Part shown: in pieces, positions 1 to 14,594 of the stretch | Layout: each line of letters begins with the position of its first letter | Numbering within the stretch: the stretch's first letter is position 1 | Source of the DNA: Octopus vulgaris | Taxonomy: Eukaryota | Length of the DNA stretch: 64,000 bases | Reading direction: 5' to 3' | Assembly (NCBI GenBank): GCA_951406725.2 | Contig: OX597834.1 | Span: 42,408,001 to 42,472,000, forward strand | Program-made: the position numbers and the translations under genes | The notes under the pieces: generated by a model | Told to the model about the DNA's origin: nothing | Databases searched by the model: none | What the model saw: only the letters and a program-made list of their open reading frames with translations

Positions 1-18
1 TATACCTATACACACCCT

Positions 19-57
<39 letters not shown>

Positions 58-587
58 AGAGAAAGAGAGGGAGGTGTAAAAAATATGCATTGTAATGTCA
101 GTGTATGTTTGTATAACAGATGAGCATGTGCAAATGAATAAGTAAATTGTTTAACATTCATATGGTCCGGGTTTCGATTCCACTTGCCGTGCTTTACGTA
201 AGTGTAATTCCATAGCTTCGAATCGACCAACGTCTTATAAATAACATTGATTCGTTGGAAACTGGGAAACTATCTGAAAGCCCATCATGTGACTATACCA
301 CATAGAATAATGTGTACAATCTATATGAGGGTTAAATTATTAGTACAAGGTTGGTATACTGAGCCACTAAAAATTTTATAAGCATAATTTTAATTTTAAG
401 AGCTTGTGTTTCCGCTTGTTAGTGTCAAGATTACGTTGTTGTTACATATGTGCCCAGAAGCCTTTGACCTTTACGCCCCAATACAAGAAAACGTGTATGG
501 CATTAACATTTATTACACTCTGTATTATAATAACTGGTGTTGTTCCACACAGCTTATTTATATCAACACAAACTAAGCCTAAGCATA

Positions 588-724
588 TAGGCACAGACTT
601 GGGTGTGTGGTAAGAAGTTAGCTTGCCACCTACATGGTCCCGGGTTCAGTTCCACTGTGAGTTGATTTGGTAGATGAAAATTGAAAGAAGCCTATTGTAT
701 GTATATCTATCTATCTATGTATAC

Positions 725-780
<56 letters not shown>

Positions 781-1112
781 ATATAGTTAATCCAAACATG
801 AACAAAGAAAAAACATAACGACGCGAGGACGTGGAACAAATATAGTGTTATTGGACGCTCAGGAAAGGAAAGAAAGTGTGTGTGTGTATGTGTGTGTGTG
901 TGTGTGTGTGTATGTATATATGCATGGATATATGTGTGTTTGTGTCTGTGTGTGAGTGTGTCTTTGTGTCTTGTTTGTTCCCTCCCCCATCGCTTGACAA
1001 CCGGTGTTGGTGGGTTTATATTCCCTCAACTTAGCTGTTCAGCTAAAGAACCCGATAGAGTAAGTACCAAGCTGTAACAAGTTATTCCTGGGGTCGATTC
1101 GTGCAACTAAAT
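588..1112 (+). mobile_element. Degenerate CORE-type tRNA SINE (family A), split by an internal microsatellite and a nested insert
   Basis: Head (AGGCACAG..GTGTGGTAAGAAG..GGGTTCAGTTCCACTG) and tail (CATCGCTTGACAACCGG..GATAGAGTAAGTAC..GGGGTCGATT) match better copies at 16338, 20714 and 21902. Confidence 0.75.
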
Positions 1113-1354
1113 CTTCTTCACCGTAAGGACGGACGAAATGCCGCTAAGTATTTCTACCCCGGTCTGCTAACGATTCTTCCAGATCGTCGCCTTAAAAGTA
1201 ACAATCTATAACAGATGTAAAGACAATGTTGTGCAGTGAACAGAGTACACTGTAGATTTTAGTCAAGTACAATCATGTTCTGAGTTCAAATCTCAGCAGT
1301 GTGAAATTAGCTTGTATTTATTTCTTGATGAAATAAAGAAGTGTCATTCTTTTC

Positions 1355-1793
1355 TTTTCTACTCCAAGCACAAGGCCCGAAATTTTTGGGGAGGAGGCGA
1401 GTCGATTAGATCGACCCCAGTACGCAACTGGTACTTAATTTATCGACTCCGAAAGGATGAAAGGCAAAGTCGACCTCGGCGGAATTTGAGCTCAGAACGT
1501 AAAGACAGACGAAATACAGCTAAGCATTTCGCCCGGCGTGTTAACGTTTCTGCCAGCTCATCGCCTTAATAAATATTCTTTTCTACTCTAGGCCCAAGGC
1601 CCAAAATTTTGGGGAGGGGGCGCCAGTCGATTACATTGACTCCAGTGCGAAACTGGTACTTAATTTATCGACTCCGAAAGGATGAAATGCAATGTCGACC
1701 TCGACGGAATTTGAACTCAGAACGTAAAGACAGACGAAATACAGCTAAGCATTTCGCCCGGCCTGCTGACGTTTCCGCCAACTCGCCGCCTTA
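1355..1793 (-). mobile_element. Two tandem Meta-type SINEs (family B)
   Basis: Two ~215 bp direct copies of the reverse complement of AAGGCGGCGAGCTGGCAGAA..GAGTTCAAATTCCGCCGAGGTCGACTTTGCCTTTCATCCTTTCGG(A/G)GTCGATAAATTAAGTACCAG; the central block resembles the MetaSINE/Sauria conserved domain. Confidence 0.85.
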
Positions 1794-2395
1794 ATAAACA
1801 TTGAAAACGTGAATCAGTTGTACTGTTCGCCCAGAATTTATCGCTGTGAACTAAGTTTAAAAATTATTGCGGTTCCCATAAAGTTAATATATAAAAAAGC
1901 TTCAGATTTTATCAAGATTTGAAAGGTTCGATATGTAAATTATGGTTGGGAAATAACAACGAAATTGAAGAATCTTAGAGAAATATCGAAGACGGATGGA
2001 ATAAGAAATATATTCTTAGTACCGAGGAAAACGTCAGTCACTGTGTTTACATTTCTTTAAAACATATTGTTTGGGTTAGAATATAGATTTATGTAAATGT
2101 GAGTTTAGATAAGAGATATTCCAATGAAATATTCCTTTTCATATTTTCTCATGACTAGATTCTTCTTCTTCTTCTTCTTGTGTTCATGTGACCATTGAAA
2201 ATTTGCATTCAAAGAAGTTCGACGCCCGCTCCAGCATATACACAGACGCAAACTCCCGCCCACCCAAACACACACACACACACACACACGCACACACACA
2301 CACACACACACACGCACACATAGATAGACAACCACACATCCGAGATTAAAGGAAGTGAATGTGTGTGTACGTGTGTGTGCATGCACTTCTGTGTA

Positions 2396-2431
<36 letters not shown>

Positions 2432-2434
2432 ACA

Positions 2435-3690
2435 TATACACAAAAGAAACTGGAACTTTGCAATATTATTTTATTCACTTAGTTTTACATGTAACCGCCT
2501 TCAAAGTATTCTCCATTTGAAGCAAAGCATCGGTCCAGATGCGTTTTCCACGGTTCGAAACAGTCCTGGAACTCTTTTGCGAAGTGATGCCTTTTAGCGT
2601 TTCCGTCGTTTTTTCTTCGTTTCTTCCACACCTGCAAAACGTTTTCCTTTAAGGACTTTTTTTCATTCGGAGAAACAAAAAAAATGTCGCAGGGAGCAAG
2701 ATCGGGTGAATAACGAAAGTGGGTAAGCGGGGGTCATACCATTTTTGGTGAAAAACTGTCTCGCCCTCAAGGTGGTGTGCACCGCGCATTATCGTGAGGA
2801 AGCCACCATCCTCCTTTTGTCACACGTCGGCCCATTTTTGTTTCACTGCGTCTCGCAAATGCTTCAGAACTGCCAAGTGAAACAGTTTGACCAGGAGCAA
2901 CAAATTCTGTGTGGACATTTCCTTTCGCATCGATGAATTAAATCAAGATCATCTTCGCATTGGACTTCACTCGACGCTCTATTTTGGGTGGGGTGCGTGG
3001 TGACATCAATTGATTGCAGCTTCGTTTCCAGTGATGACCTTCGAATAAAGGTCCGGATCAACTTCCAACCTTTCTTTCAGTTCACGACACGCATTCAGTC
3101 GTGACTGCTTTTGATCGTTCGTGAGCAAGTGAGGCACACATTTTCCTGCAATTCTTTTCATTCGCATTTGCTCGCTCGAAATCTGTTGGCGGGAGTTCCA
3201 GGATACCAGTTACATCAACAAGTTCGTCAATTGGTTGCCGACGGTCCTCCATGATCAGTTCATGAATTTTCGTGATGTTTTCATCCGATCGGGAGGTCAA
3301 CGATCGCCCTGAACGAGGTTGGTCTTCAAAAGACAAGTGACCATCCCTAAAACCAGGAAACCACTTGTAAACTTGTGTTTTGCTCATGAAAGCGTCCTTG
3401 TAAGATATTTGAGGCACGACAACTGTTTCGGCCACCGATATCCCCGGTTGAAAACAGAATTTCCCGGATGAACTCTGTTCCTTCGTTTCAGCCATCGTGA
3501 AAATCAACGAACAGAGAAGCACTACAAAACAAAGACGCACCACGTGGCAGTACGACTCGACAGGATGACTCCGGTCGGAAGACTGATGCCTGAGGGTCGC
3601 ATCAAGTGGTTTCTTGCGGCGGAAGACTGTACTACAACGGTTTTATCCCACAGAGAATGTTTCCGGTTACTGTTGTGTACTCCCCGCATA
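2435..3690 (-). mobile_element. Decayed mariner (Tc1/mariner) DNA transposon with transposase pseudogene
   Basis: Minus-strand HTH region (MSKTQVYKWF..FRDG..EDQPRSGR..DENITKIHELIMEDRR), YSPDLAPCD motif near 2690-2715, C-terminal RCFASNGEYFEG near 2495-2540; degenerate TIRs at ~2437-2458 and ~3659-3680; frameshifts and deletions. Confidence 0.9.
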
Positions 3691-3883
3691 TATGCTTTTT
3701 TTTTTGTTTTATCTGGCTTGGAAGATTCTTTACGTGAATTCGCGTGTTGAAACAAATTTTGCTGTAACTAAGCAGAGTCCCCATGCCAATATTTATAACA
3801 GGTGCATTGGTTCAATTCCACTCCTTTATTATTAATCAATTTGGTTAAGTGTCCAACTAACTAATGGTTTGTTTGTTTAACAT

Positions 3884-4200
3884 TGCGTGGCACCTTGGGC
3901 AAATGTCTTCTACTATAGCCTCGGGCTGACCAAAGCGTTGTGAGTGGATTTGGTAGACGGAAACTGAAAGAAGCCCGTCTTATATATGTATATATATATG
4001 TATGTGTGTGTATATGTATGTGTTTGTCTCCCCCCACCAACATCCCTTGACAACCGATGCTGGTGTGTTTACGTCCTCGTAACTTAGCAGTGCGGCAAAT
4101 AATTACTAGGCTTACAAAGAATAAGTCCTGGGTCGATTTGCTCGACTAAAGGCAGTACTCCAGCACGGCCACAGTCAAGTGACTGGAACGAGCAGAAGAG
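3884..4200 (+). mobile_element. 5'-truncated CORE-type SINE (family A)
   Basis: GCGTGGCACCTTGGGCAAATGTCTT core, internal (TA)/(TG) tract and conserved tail. Confidence 0.85.
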
Positions 4201-4225
4201 TATATGCGTAGAAACATATATACAT

Positions 4226-4446
4226 ATACCAGAGGATGCTGAAAATTCCCTGGCTTTGAGTAAAAGAAAATACAGGAGGATCACTTAGTTATGATTTTAT
4301 TCGACATATTCCATTCTCAGACTGACATACATATTGCTGCAGTCCTTCAGTTTTTCTAATCCTTGTAAAAGAACTTGGATGGTAGGGCCTCTAACCAGGC
4401 CTTTCGCGACGCCCTTAAAGCCAGGAACTTACAACAACCCCTCGTA
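4226..4446. mobile_element. Mariner-derived MITE
   Basis: Imperfect ~30 bp TIRs (GAGGATGCTGAAAATTCCCTGGCTTTGAG / CTTAAAGCCAGGAACTTACAACAACCCCTCGTA) flanked by TA; minus strand retains the transposase C-terminus EYVE*. Confidence 0.7.
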
Positions 4447-5048
4447 TATATCCGTGCGCTTCTAATCTTATTGGCGCCATGGTGCCGCTGTAGATACATG
4501 TGACGTGACAACATTTCCAGTTCTGATCACAGCTGATTGCCTCGGGGGAAGAGAAAAGGGAAGGAGGTGAGAAACAGACAGAAGAATCGATCGACACCTG
4601 AACTGGCGCATCATTTATCGATCTCGGAGAGGACAAAAGGCGAATACGGACGTGGTAGGATTCGATCTCAGTGCGCCTTAAGGTGGAATTCAAAACGAAA
4701 ACCATTCTATAAATTATTCCTACCATTCCCTATGCGCGTTGGTTATATACATTCTTACGTACACATACTCAGCCGAGTACACAAGCACACTTAATGACAC
4801 ACACAAGGAAGCACAAACACATACACACACGCGCACACGTGCACACACACACGCGCACACGTGCACACACACACGCGCGCGACGGCACACACTTGTTTGT
4901 GCTTGTGTGTTCCCACGTAATTAAAGGTGTGTGTACAAAGTTCTTAACATTGGCGTGTATGATATTTTTATTTACCCTATCACATAATATAATATGTATG
5001 TATATATGCATATATATATATGTGTATGCATGTATGTATGAATGTATG

Positions 5049-5083
<35 letters not shown>

Positions 5084-5271
5084 AGATACACATACAAACA
5101 GACTGCATACATACGTACACACGCACATATGTATGTATACTGAATCAATATTATTTATATAAAATATGACAGAAAGTATATATATATATATATATAAACA
5201 CACACAACTTTGTTTGGGTGATTGTTCGGATATATATAAATATACATATACATACATAATACGTACATACG

Positions 5272-5317
<46 letters not shown>

Positions 5318-6253
5318 TATTTATACATACACATACATATATACATGCATGCATATATATGCACAACCACATTCCTATTTACACACATGCACACACACAC
5401 ACATACACACATATATACATACAAAGATATTTCTATTTTATATGTATTTATATAAGATGCACACAAACGTACACACACACACACACAAATGCACACACAC
5501 ACATAAACAAGCATACATATAAGGTTGTGTTCACCGAGGTATACTTCGAAAGATCGTCGTAGTTATAAAGGCAGAAAACGAGTGAACGTGCTTGAATATG
5601 TACGTGTGTTTATATTAATGTGCAACGCACGTGGCACTTAACATGATGCACAGTTACATATCTTTGGTAAACTAATATATATATATATGTGTGTGTGTGA
5701 GTGTGTGTGTGTGTGAATAAGCACCCCCCACACACACAACATACACACACATATATACATAAATATTTATATATGAATGTATAAACACACAAACATCTAG
5801 ATAAACGGATAAAGATGATAGGTACATAGAAAATTGTAAAAGAAATCGGACACAGATTTTAATACAGAGAAGAAGAGAACGGAATCTATTTTCTCTGTCT
5901 CCAGCATCTTCATACAAATTGTTTTGTCTTTTTTTTTTATATACATCTGCAGCGAAAACAGGAAAAAATAGCTATCCGTCATGAGTTTTTTCGCAGACTA
6001 TATTTCATTGTTATCCTTCCATTTTTCCAAAGACTGGCTGATTTCGTATCAACTCTTTGATGAGTCTATCGTTGGACCATAAATCTTTTTTGAAATTACA
6101 AAAATATGCGTCCCATTAATTCTAAAATCTTTTTCATCTCGTAAAAATTCAATATTAACGTAGCGTTAACTTAACATTTCGCTTTTCAAATAATCCACGG
6201 TGCGTGTCAGTTCCTGATCTGCGTATGTGTGTGTGTGTCTGTGTGTGTGCGCG

Positions 6254-6286
<33 letters not shown>

Positions 6287-6357
6287 AAGTATGTATATAT
6301 GTTTGCGTGCGCCTGTGATGCGAATATGGGTGACACTGACGTATAGGTGAGTTCTTA

Positions 6358-6428
<71 letters not shown>

Positions 6429-6616
6429 GTGTGCATATATATATATATAAATATATATATATTTATTTATGTATATATATATGTGTGGATATAAGTATAT
6501 ATTTATTTATGTATATATATATATGTGGATATATATATATATTTATTTATGTATATATATTTATTTATATATATATACTTATATATTGTATATGTATATA
6601 TGGCTATATCTGTATC

Positions 6617-6682
<66 letters not shown>

Positions 6683-7036
6683 CATTTATCTGGACGTATC
6701 TCTGTGCGTATGCGTGCATGTGTATATAATTATAGGCTTAATTATATTCCTATGTAGACACAAATGTCTTCATGTGTGAATATGCAGGCCCTGGCAGGCG
6801 CTTACACATACATGTGCGAAATAGGAACAGCATACACAAGATTACAGGCAGATGCACTCGCATAGGTATGTGTGTATAGCATAATAGATAAGTAAATATA
6901 TATGTATGTATGTATATATATATATATGTGCATACGCACATACAGACACACACACAGATATGTATATACATCTATCTATACATATATATTATAAAACATA
7001 GCATATATATTTGTATATATACAGCATATATTTACA

Positions 7037-7067
<31 letters not shown>

Positions 7068-7152
7068 CTTTATTTACGTATGAGGATGTATATATAAATT
7101 CAACATTCATATATGCATACTCTCGCACACACACACCATACGTGTATGCATG

Positions 7153-7232
<80 letters not shown>

Positions 7233-7416
7233 GCAGGTGTAGGTGTGTGGTAAGTAATTTCCTTGTCAACCACATGGTTCTTGGTTCGCTCACTCTGCGT
7301 GCCTTCTTGGTTAACTGTCTTCTGTTATAATCTTGGTCCGACTAAAACCTTATAAATTAATTAGCTAGATGGACACTGAAAGAACCCCATCGTGTTTAAA
7401 TGTATATATATATATG

Positions 7417-7467
<51 letters not shown>

Positions 7468-7829
7468 CCACATACATATACATTTAAACTCGTGGGGTTC
7501 AACACGCTAGAAAGGACAGCTAGGTTCTATAACCACAAAAATTAGGGATAAAATCTGACAGGAACGAAATGAAAAAATATAAACATTTTACCATCTAGTT
7601 TCCTGGACCAATTGGTTTCTGATTTTAATTTAGCAAATAAATAATATTCGCCAGGTGAAATCTTCTTTTGAAATCTTCTTTTGGTAGATTGATGTAAATT
7701 TCTAATGCATCAGCTACTACACCTCCTTGTTGCTGGGCTGTGTGCAGCATTGTGTGTTCTTTTCTGCTGTTGGGAGTGTGCAAACTCGTCCCGGTACTGT
7801 ATAGTGTTAGTTTTTATTATTATTATTAC

Positions 7830-8044
7830 CTGGTGGTTGCGGTGAAAGAAGTTGTTCGGTGAACAAGGCTGAAAGGCATGAGGACAGATACATTCCTCTT
7901 TGGTGGAACTCTCATTCACTTCTTCAACTTTCAATTGAAAAGAAAATTGAGAGTCGAGAGTGAAGCGCTGTCCTCGAGTGAGTTTATTGAACGATGGTTG
8001 AAAGTTGTAAAAATGGCAAGAGTCGATGGTACGTCTTTAAGTGT
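7830..8044 (+). mobile_element. Probable C-terminal fragment of an L1/Tx1-like ORF2
   Basis: Translation TRLKGMRTDTFL..LIHFFNFQLKRKLRVE..FIERWLKVVKMARVDG resembles non-LTR ORF2 C-termini (recognised from memory only); in-frame stop upstream. Confidence 0.4.
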
Positions 8045-8360
8045 AAGGCGGCGAGCTGGCAGAAATGTTAGCACGGCGGGCGAAATGCGTCGCGTATTTC
8101 GTCTGCCGTTACGTTCTGAGTTCAAATTCCGCCGAGGTCGACTTTGCCTTTCATCCTTTCGGGGTCGATAAATTAAGTACCAGATACACACTGGGGTCGA
8201 CGTCATCGACTTAATCCGCGTGTCTGTCCTTGTTTGTCCTATCTGTGTTTAGCCCCTTGTGGGTAGTAAAGAAAAAAAAAAGAAAAAAATAAGTACCAGT
8301 TGAACACTGGGGTTGATGTTATCCCCGCCCCCTAAATTTTGTGGCAAAATTTATAGCTAT
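8045..8360 (+). mobile_element. Meta-type SINE (family B), long-tail form
   Basis: Near-consensus head, B-box-like GAGTTCAAATTCC, Meta-like block, tail GTGTTTAGCCCCTTGTGGGTAGTAAAGAAA. Confidence 0.88.
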
Positions 8361-8574
8361 TATTATTATTATTAGTAGTATTAGTATTCGTATTATTATT
8401 ATTTCCGTTCATTGGGCCCCATCTACATTTCATATTGGCTGCCTTTGTAATCAAGATCTCCTTCCATATGACACCAAATGAAGATACCAGCAGTTATTGC
8501 TGGACTGATTCTGATGCTTTTGTGTCCCCTAATTACAGTTTATACAGGAAATTTAGAACTGCATAGCCCAAAGG

Positions 8575-8925
8575 TTGTTCTGTCTGGTTAGTGATTTGTT
8601 GGCACTCCGTCGGTTACGACGACGAGGGTTCCAGCTGATCCAATCAACGGAAGAGCCTGATCGTGAAATTAACGTGCAAGTGACTGAGCAATCCACTGAC
8701 ACCTGTACCCTTAACGTAGTTCCCATGGAGATTCAGCGTGACACAGAGTATGACAAGGCTGGCCCTTTGAAATAAAGATACAACTCACTTTTGGCAGCTG
8801 AGTGGACTGGAGCAACGTGAAATAAAGTGTCTTACTCAAGGACACAACGCGTCGCTGGGAATTGAACTTATGACCTTACAACCGTGAGCCGAACGCCCTA
8901 ACCACTAAGCCACGCGCCTTCACCA
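8575..8925 (-). mobile_element. tRNA-derived CORE-type SINE (family C)
   Basis: Minus strand reads GGCGCGTGGCTTAGTGGTTAGGGCG (A box)..AAGTTCAATTCCC (B box)..TGTGTCCTTGAGTAAGACACTT (CORE-like); related fragments at 49240-49330 and 54270-54525. Confidence 0.8.
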
Positions 8926-9320
8926 TATAAAAGGCCAACGAGGTGGATGGAGATCCGTGAATGAAAGGGGCTAGCAAATAGAATAATTTAGTGGCGGTTC
9001 ACACTAGTATCCATGGCAACTCCAGTGAAGTGTCGATAAAATTCTTCCGAAAAGAGGAAGTAGTTAAGGCAAAGCATGAATTGTGTTGGGCGTTGAAAAG
9101 TAGTGGTACTGATTTTCATTAGGGTATGAAGGGGCTGTTTCATGTCTACTGATGCTCCTTGTTTTGTTCTCTCCTTACCATTTTTTGTCTCAGCTGTTTC
9201 TCTACGTTTCAAAACATTTTTGTCGCTTTGTTCCAATTCAATGATTTGTGTCTTCCTTCAAACGTCTAAGCTGCTTTCAACCGCAAAGTAAATCTATCTG
9301 TCAAAATGTCTATCTTTCAT

Positions 9321-9381
<61 letters not shown>

Positions 9382-9424
9382 ATATCTATCTATCTATCTA
9401 TCTATCTCTCAAATTTTATGTATT

Positions 9425-9479
<55 letters not shown>

Positions 9480-9603
9480 TATAGTTAAATCTATCTATCT
9501 ATTTACTAACCAATTTTTATGCATTTAACTATATAGATATACATATATGTATATGTATGTGTGTGTGTGTATATCTACATGTATATATATGTATTATATA
9601 TAT

Positions 9604-9645
<42 letters not shown>

Positions 9646-10460
9646 CTGTTTCTCTCTCTCTCTACACACACACACATTTTCTTTCAGGCACACACATCAA
9701 AAATAAGCAATTTACTCTCAACCTCAACTATGTTTTTAATTCTATTTCTCGAAGCGCAAAAGCCATTTTGCTCTCTAAATTTTTCCTGACCAAAACATTC
9801 CCCCGCTTCTTCACCCGCACCCCACCTCTCTCTCTTTCTCTCTCTCTCTCTCTCCTTCCATTCATATCAGATTCTTTCTCTTTCGCCCTTTCATATCCCT
9901 TTCTTTTTTCCTTTATTCTAGAAATCTCCCACAAAACAAACCCGAAAAAAAAAATAACAAAGCTCTTTACATCCTTCTCGTCGCACCTATCACCCTTGTC
10001 TTTCAAAATCCATCGTCCCCCTAAACATACTCCCTCCAAACATTAAAAAACACAAAACGCATCCACTTACATCAGGCACCTCTATCCCTTAGCTGCATCC
10101 TTTGCTCTCTCACTCCCTCAGTCCATACCTACAAATATACCCAGCCACACCCTATATATTTTTTTTTATGTTTCAGAGACTCCATCCAGAGATTTATGGC
10201 TTATTACTTACTGGTGACGTACACTATTTTATGATTGATACGCTTGAGTAACCATGGTGTTTCATTTACACAATATGTCAATATATTCATGTTTCGCTTC
10301 GCTTCACGTGTTTGTTTTACCTTCTGCGTAGATACTTATATGTGTGTGTGTGTCTGTGTGTTTGTATGTGTGTGTATAGGTATACACGTGCTTTGTACGT
10401 ATATATATGTTAATATACTTCTCTCTCTTTACACACATATATATATATGTATGTATGTAT

Positions 10461-10510
<50 letters not shown>

Positions 10511-10568
10511 ATGTAAATACGTTTTATATGTATAGGTTATATTTATATATGTATGTGCATTTATTTAT

Positions 10569-10599
<31 letters not shown>

Positions 10600-10618
10600 A
10601 ATATATATATATGTAAAC

Positions 10619-10670
<52 letters not shown>

Positions 10671-11360
10671 AAACATATATATATATGTATATAAACATAT
10701 CTATGTATTAATAAATATATATAAATAAATGTGTGTATATATATATATATATATATGCATATATGTTGGGGTTTTAAATATTGTTTTCTTTCGTCCTCTC
10801 ATTTCGTTTTATTAACGGCCAGTTCTAAAATATCTCCACCAAATCAATATATCACTTCTATCGTTATTTGTTGAATTTTTGGCCTCCAAACTCTCCCTGT
10901 TTCTTTCACTCCCTCCCCCCCTCTCTCTCTCCGTGTCTGTCTCTTTGGCCTTCTGTGAAGTCAGCCTGCCCGTCTGTTTGTTCCCACCCTATTTCTCTCT
11001 CTTTTTCTCCCCCTTTCTCACGTTCTCTCTTTCTGTCTCTCTCATATACGCAACCCCCCCCCACTCAGATGCCTATCTATATTCTTTATTTCTCTTCTTT
11101 CGAATCCTCCCTCGAGCTGTGTACCATGTCATGGAGATGATACACAATTGCCATCTAAAAGTCCTCTATTGCCTCAATACACTCTTTCAAATGTGTGTGT
11201 ATGTGTGTGTGTGGGGGTATTTGTGTGTACCTGTGCGAGTGTTTGTGTTCGTGTATGTGTGTGTGTTTGCGTGTGTACGTCAGTGTGCACACATACAGGC
11301 ACACATATAATTGCACACAGGGGTACAACAGGTAGAGATAACTACAACTGCATCTGTGCC

Positions 11361-11413
<53 letters not shown>

Positions 11414-11563
11414 ATACGTATATACATACATATGTATACATATATATATATACATATATATACGTATATGTATATACATATATGTATATATATATATATA
11501 CATATATATATACATATTTTATACATACATATATATGTATATATATACATATATATGTATATA

Positions 11564-11615
<52 letters not shown>

Positions 11616-11876
11616 CACACACACACACACACATATATATCGATGGTGGAGTGGAGGAACACCAACGCACAATATATATACGACGGGCTTCTTTCAGTTT
11701 CCGTCTACAAAAATCCCCTCACAAGGCTTTGGTCTGCCCGAAGCTATAATAGGAGACGCTTGTCCAATATGCCACGCCTGCGCCTATCCATCCATCCATC
11801 CATCCATCCATCCATCCATCCATCCATCCATCCATCCATCCATCCATCCATCCGTACATACATACATACATACACA

Positions 11877-11914
<38 letters not shown>

Positions 11915-12363
11915 GTGTGTGTGTGTGTATGTGTGTATGTATCAGTGTATGAATATATACGATGGCGAAATCTTGTAAAGATAGCATGCTATCTGGAGTG
12001 ATTGTTACAAATATACCTAATTTTCAAATATGCCTAATTACTGGTATCAATTTAGAATATTTAACTTTGTGAATGGTTTTCAGAGATTAAAATACACATA
12101 ACTATTAAAATACATAAAAATGGCGGATATAAATAGACTATAGTTATTAATTTAATTTTGTACGGAGGACGTAGGATATACGCAACGTTTTAGAAAGCAT
12201 CATTCATCAAAGTAGAAGCTAAGAAGAGACGGTTGTAGAAGATTACTGCATGAGTTTTGTTGAATCTGATGCCTGGTGGAAATCATTTACTATGTAATAA
12301 TTTACTACATGGTTTAGGTGGATTGACACGAATCACTATATGGTCATTAGAATTGAATACACG

Positions 12364-12764
12364 AAGGCGGCGAGCTGGCAGAATCGTTAGCACGCCGGGC
12401 GAAATGCTTAGCGGTATTAGGTCTGCCGCTACATTCTGAGTTCGACTTACCCTTTCATCCTTTCAGGGTCAATTAAATAAGTACCAGTTACACGCTGAGG
12501 TCGATATAATCGACTCAATCCTTTTGTCTCTCCTGGTTTGTCCCCTCTGTGTTTAACCCCTTGTTGGTAGTAAAGAAATAGGTATTTTGTCTGCCGTTAC
12601 GTTCTGAGTTCAAATTCCGCTGAGGTCGACTTTGCTTTTCATCCTTTCGGGGTCGATTAAATAAGTACCAGTTACGCACTGGGGTCAATATAATCGACTT
12701 AATCCGTTTGTCTGCCCTTATTTATCCCCTCTGTGTGTAGCCCCTTGTGGGTAGTTAAGAAATA
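12364..12764 (+). mobile_element. Meta-type SINE (family B) with tandem 3' unit and target-site duplication
   Basis: Head plus two ~170-180 bp body/tail units; flanking direct repeat AGAATTGAATACA at 12349-12361 and 12765-12777. Confidence 0.9.
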
Positions 12765-12849
12765 AGAATTGAATACATGAAAAGTAGAACAAAATATTTA
12801 TGATTCATTACGATTATATATGATTCCCTATGCAGTTAATATCTTTATT

Positions 12850-12899
<50 letters not shown>

Positions 12900-12929
12900 T
12901 ACATACATAGATATTAACTGCATAGAAAA

Positions 12930-12973
<44 letters not shown>

Positions 12974-13444
12974 GTATATATATATATATATATCTATATC
13001 TGTATATATACATATATATATATTTATACAAACTCACACATACATACATACATGCATACATACATACGTAAATACATATATTCATTGTATAACAGAATAA
13101 GTATTTTCTTTCTGAGTGGAATAAAAGATAAGAGATCATGTGATGTTCGTATCCCTCACAAGGGAATTGAGGTATTTTGCAAAAAACAAGGAAAGGAAAA
13201 AAATAAATGATGCGTTCCAACCGGAAAAGGTCGGTGAAACCTACAGATTATTTCTTGTGTGACATTTTTTGCTATATATGTAAAACTAATAGTTCCAAGT
13301 TCAACCGATATATAATACACACAATGTTTATATTTGGCTTTTAGACGTTGTTCACCAATAGTTGAAGCTGTTCACTGATGTTCAGTGATCTTTTGCTTTC
13401 TGATCAGTATTCGTGACTGCAATCTAGCATATATGTATGATAAC

Positions 13445-13985
13445 AGAAAGATAAAAATCCTGGCACAACCCGTTCTAAGTCAGGAAACTCCAGAACTCAG
13501 CATTACCAGCTCGGAGACGCTACTGGAAAAAGTCGACCGCTCTTCATATTTCAGAAGTTTGCTTTCGAACAAGGGCACATCAGAAAAGGACGTGGAGAAG
13601 AGCGATTAAGAGCGACTCAACGTGGAGAAGCGATTAAGAGCGACTCACACCGCGTTCGGTGGAGTCATGAAAATGGTCTTTAAGAACGAAAATCTGAACC
13701 ACCAAACAGAATTATTGAGCGTCTACCAAGCAGTCGTGGTCGTCACTCTCCTCTATGGTTGTGAAACCTAGTCTCTTTAACGAAGTGACATCGAAAAACT
13801 AGAGCGATTCCACCAACAGAAGCTCCGTTCTGTTATGAATATCAAAGCGAATGACTATGTGATCGATGTCTCCGTTCTGCAGAGAATGGAAAAGAGCAGC
13901 ATCGAGGCGACCATTATGAAACATCGTCTGAGATGGGCGGGTCACGATGCAAGAATGAAAGAGACCAGGCTGCCTCACCACACAT
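13445..13985 (+). mobile_element. RTE-clade LINE fragment (post-RT region), pseudogenised
   Basis: VYQAVVVVTLLYGCET*..KLERFHQQKLRSVMNIK..SIEATIMKHRLRWAGHDARMKETRLP; stops present, plus a short internal duplication at ~13590-13648. Confidence 0.88.
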
Positions 13986-14024
13986 TATATCCACAGCAAT
14001 ACAATACAATACACACACACACAT

Positions 14025-14184
14025 AGGTGCATGAGTGGCTGGGTAGTAAGAAGCTTGTTTTCCAACCAGATGGTTCAGGGTTCAGTCCCACTGCGTGCCA
14101 CCTTGGGCAAGTGTCTTCTACTATAGCCTCGGGCAATCCAAAGCCTTGTGAGTAGATTTGGTGGACGGAAACTGAAAGAAGCCC

Positions 14185-14264
<80 letters not shown>

Positions 14265-14395
14265 TTGTGTGTGTGTTTGAGTCTGTGTTTATCCCCAACC
14301 ATCGCTTGACAACCGATGCTGGTTTGTTTATGTTCCGTTAACATAGCAGTTCGGCAAAAGACGCGGGTAAAATAAGTATCAGGCTTACAAAGAGT
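14025..14395 (+). mobile_element. CORE-type SINE (family A)
   Basis: Head, CCTTGGGCAAGTGTCTT core, internal microsatellite, partial tail. Confidence 0.85.
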
Positions 14396-14594
14396 AACGG
14401 GATTTATGTAACAAACAATGTTTTAGCTACGAAACAATCGTAGTCCGTGTCTTACTTGTTCTATTGTTCACATTTTCGGAGTTTTCTTCGCACTGTTAGC
14501 AAATTTTGCAGCTAAACCGTGAACTCCATGGTGATTGTCAGCTTAGAGACGTTTCATGGGTGTAAGGCAAATATGGAAATGCCTGTTTATTTAA

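Noticed and set aside
1312-1794. Recurring peptides such as RNWYLIYRLRKDERQSR and [17 protein letters not shown]
   Set aside because: Translations of SINE families A and B, not a gene family
5800-5970. Minus-strand acceptor-like TTTCCTGTTTTCGCTGCAG followed by ATG
   Set aside because: The downstream frame is unrecognisable and no clear donor was found
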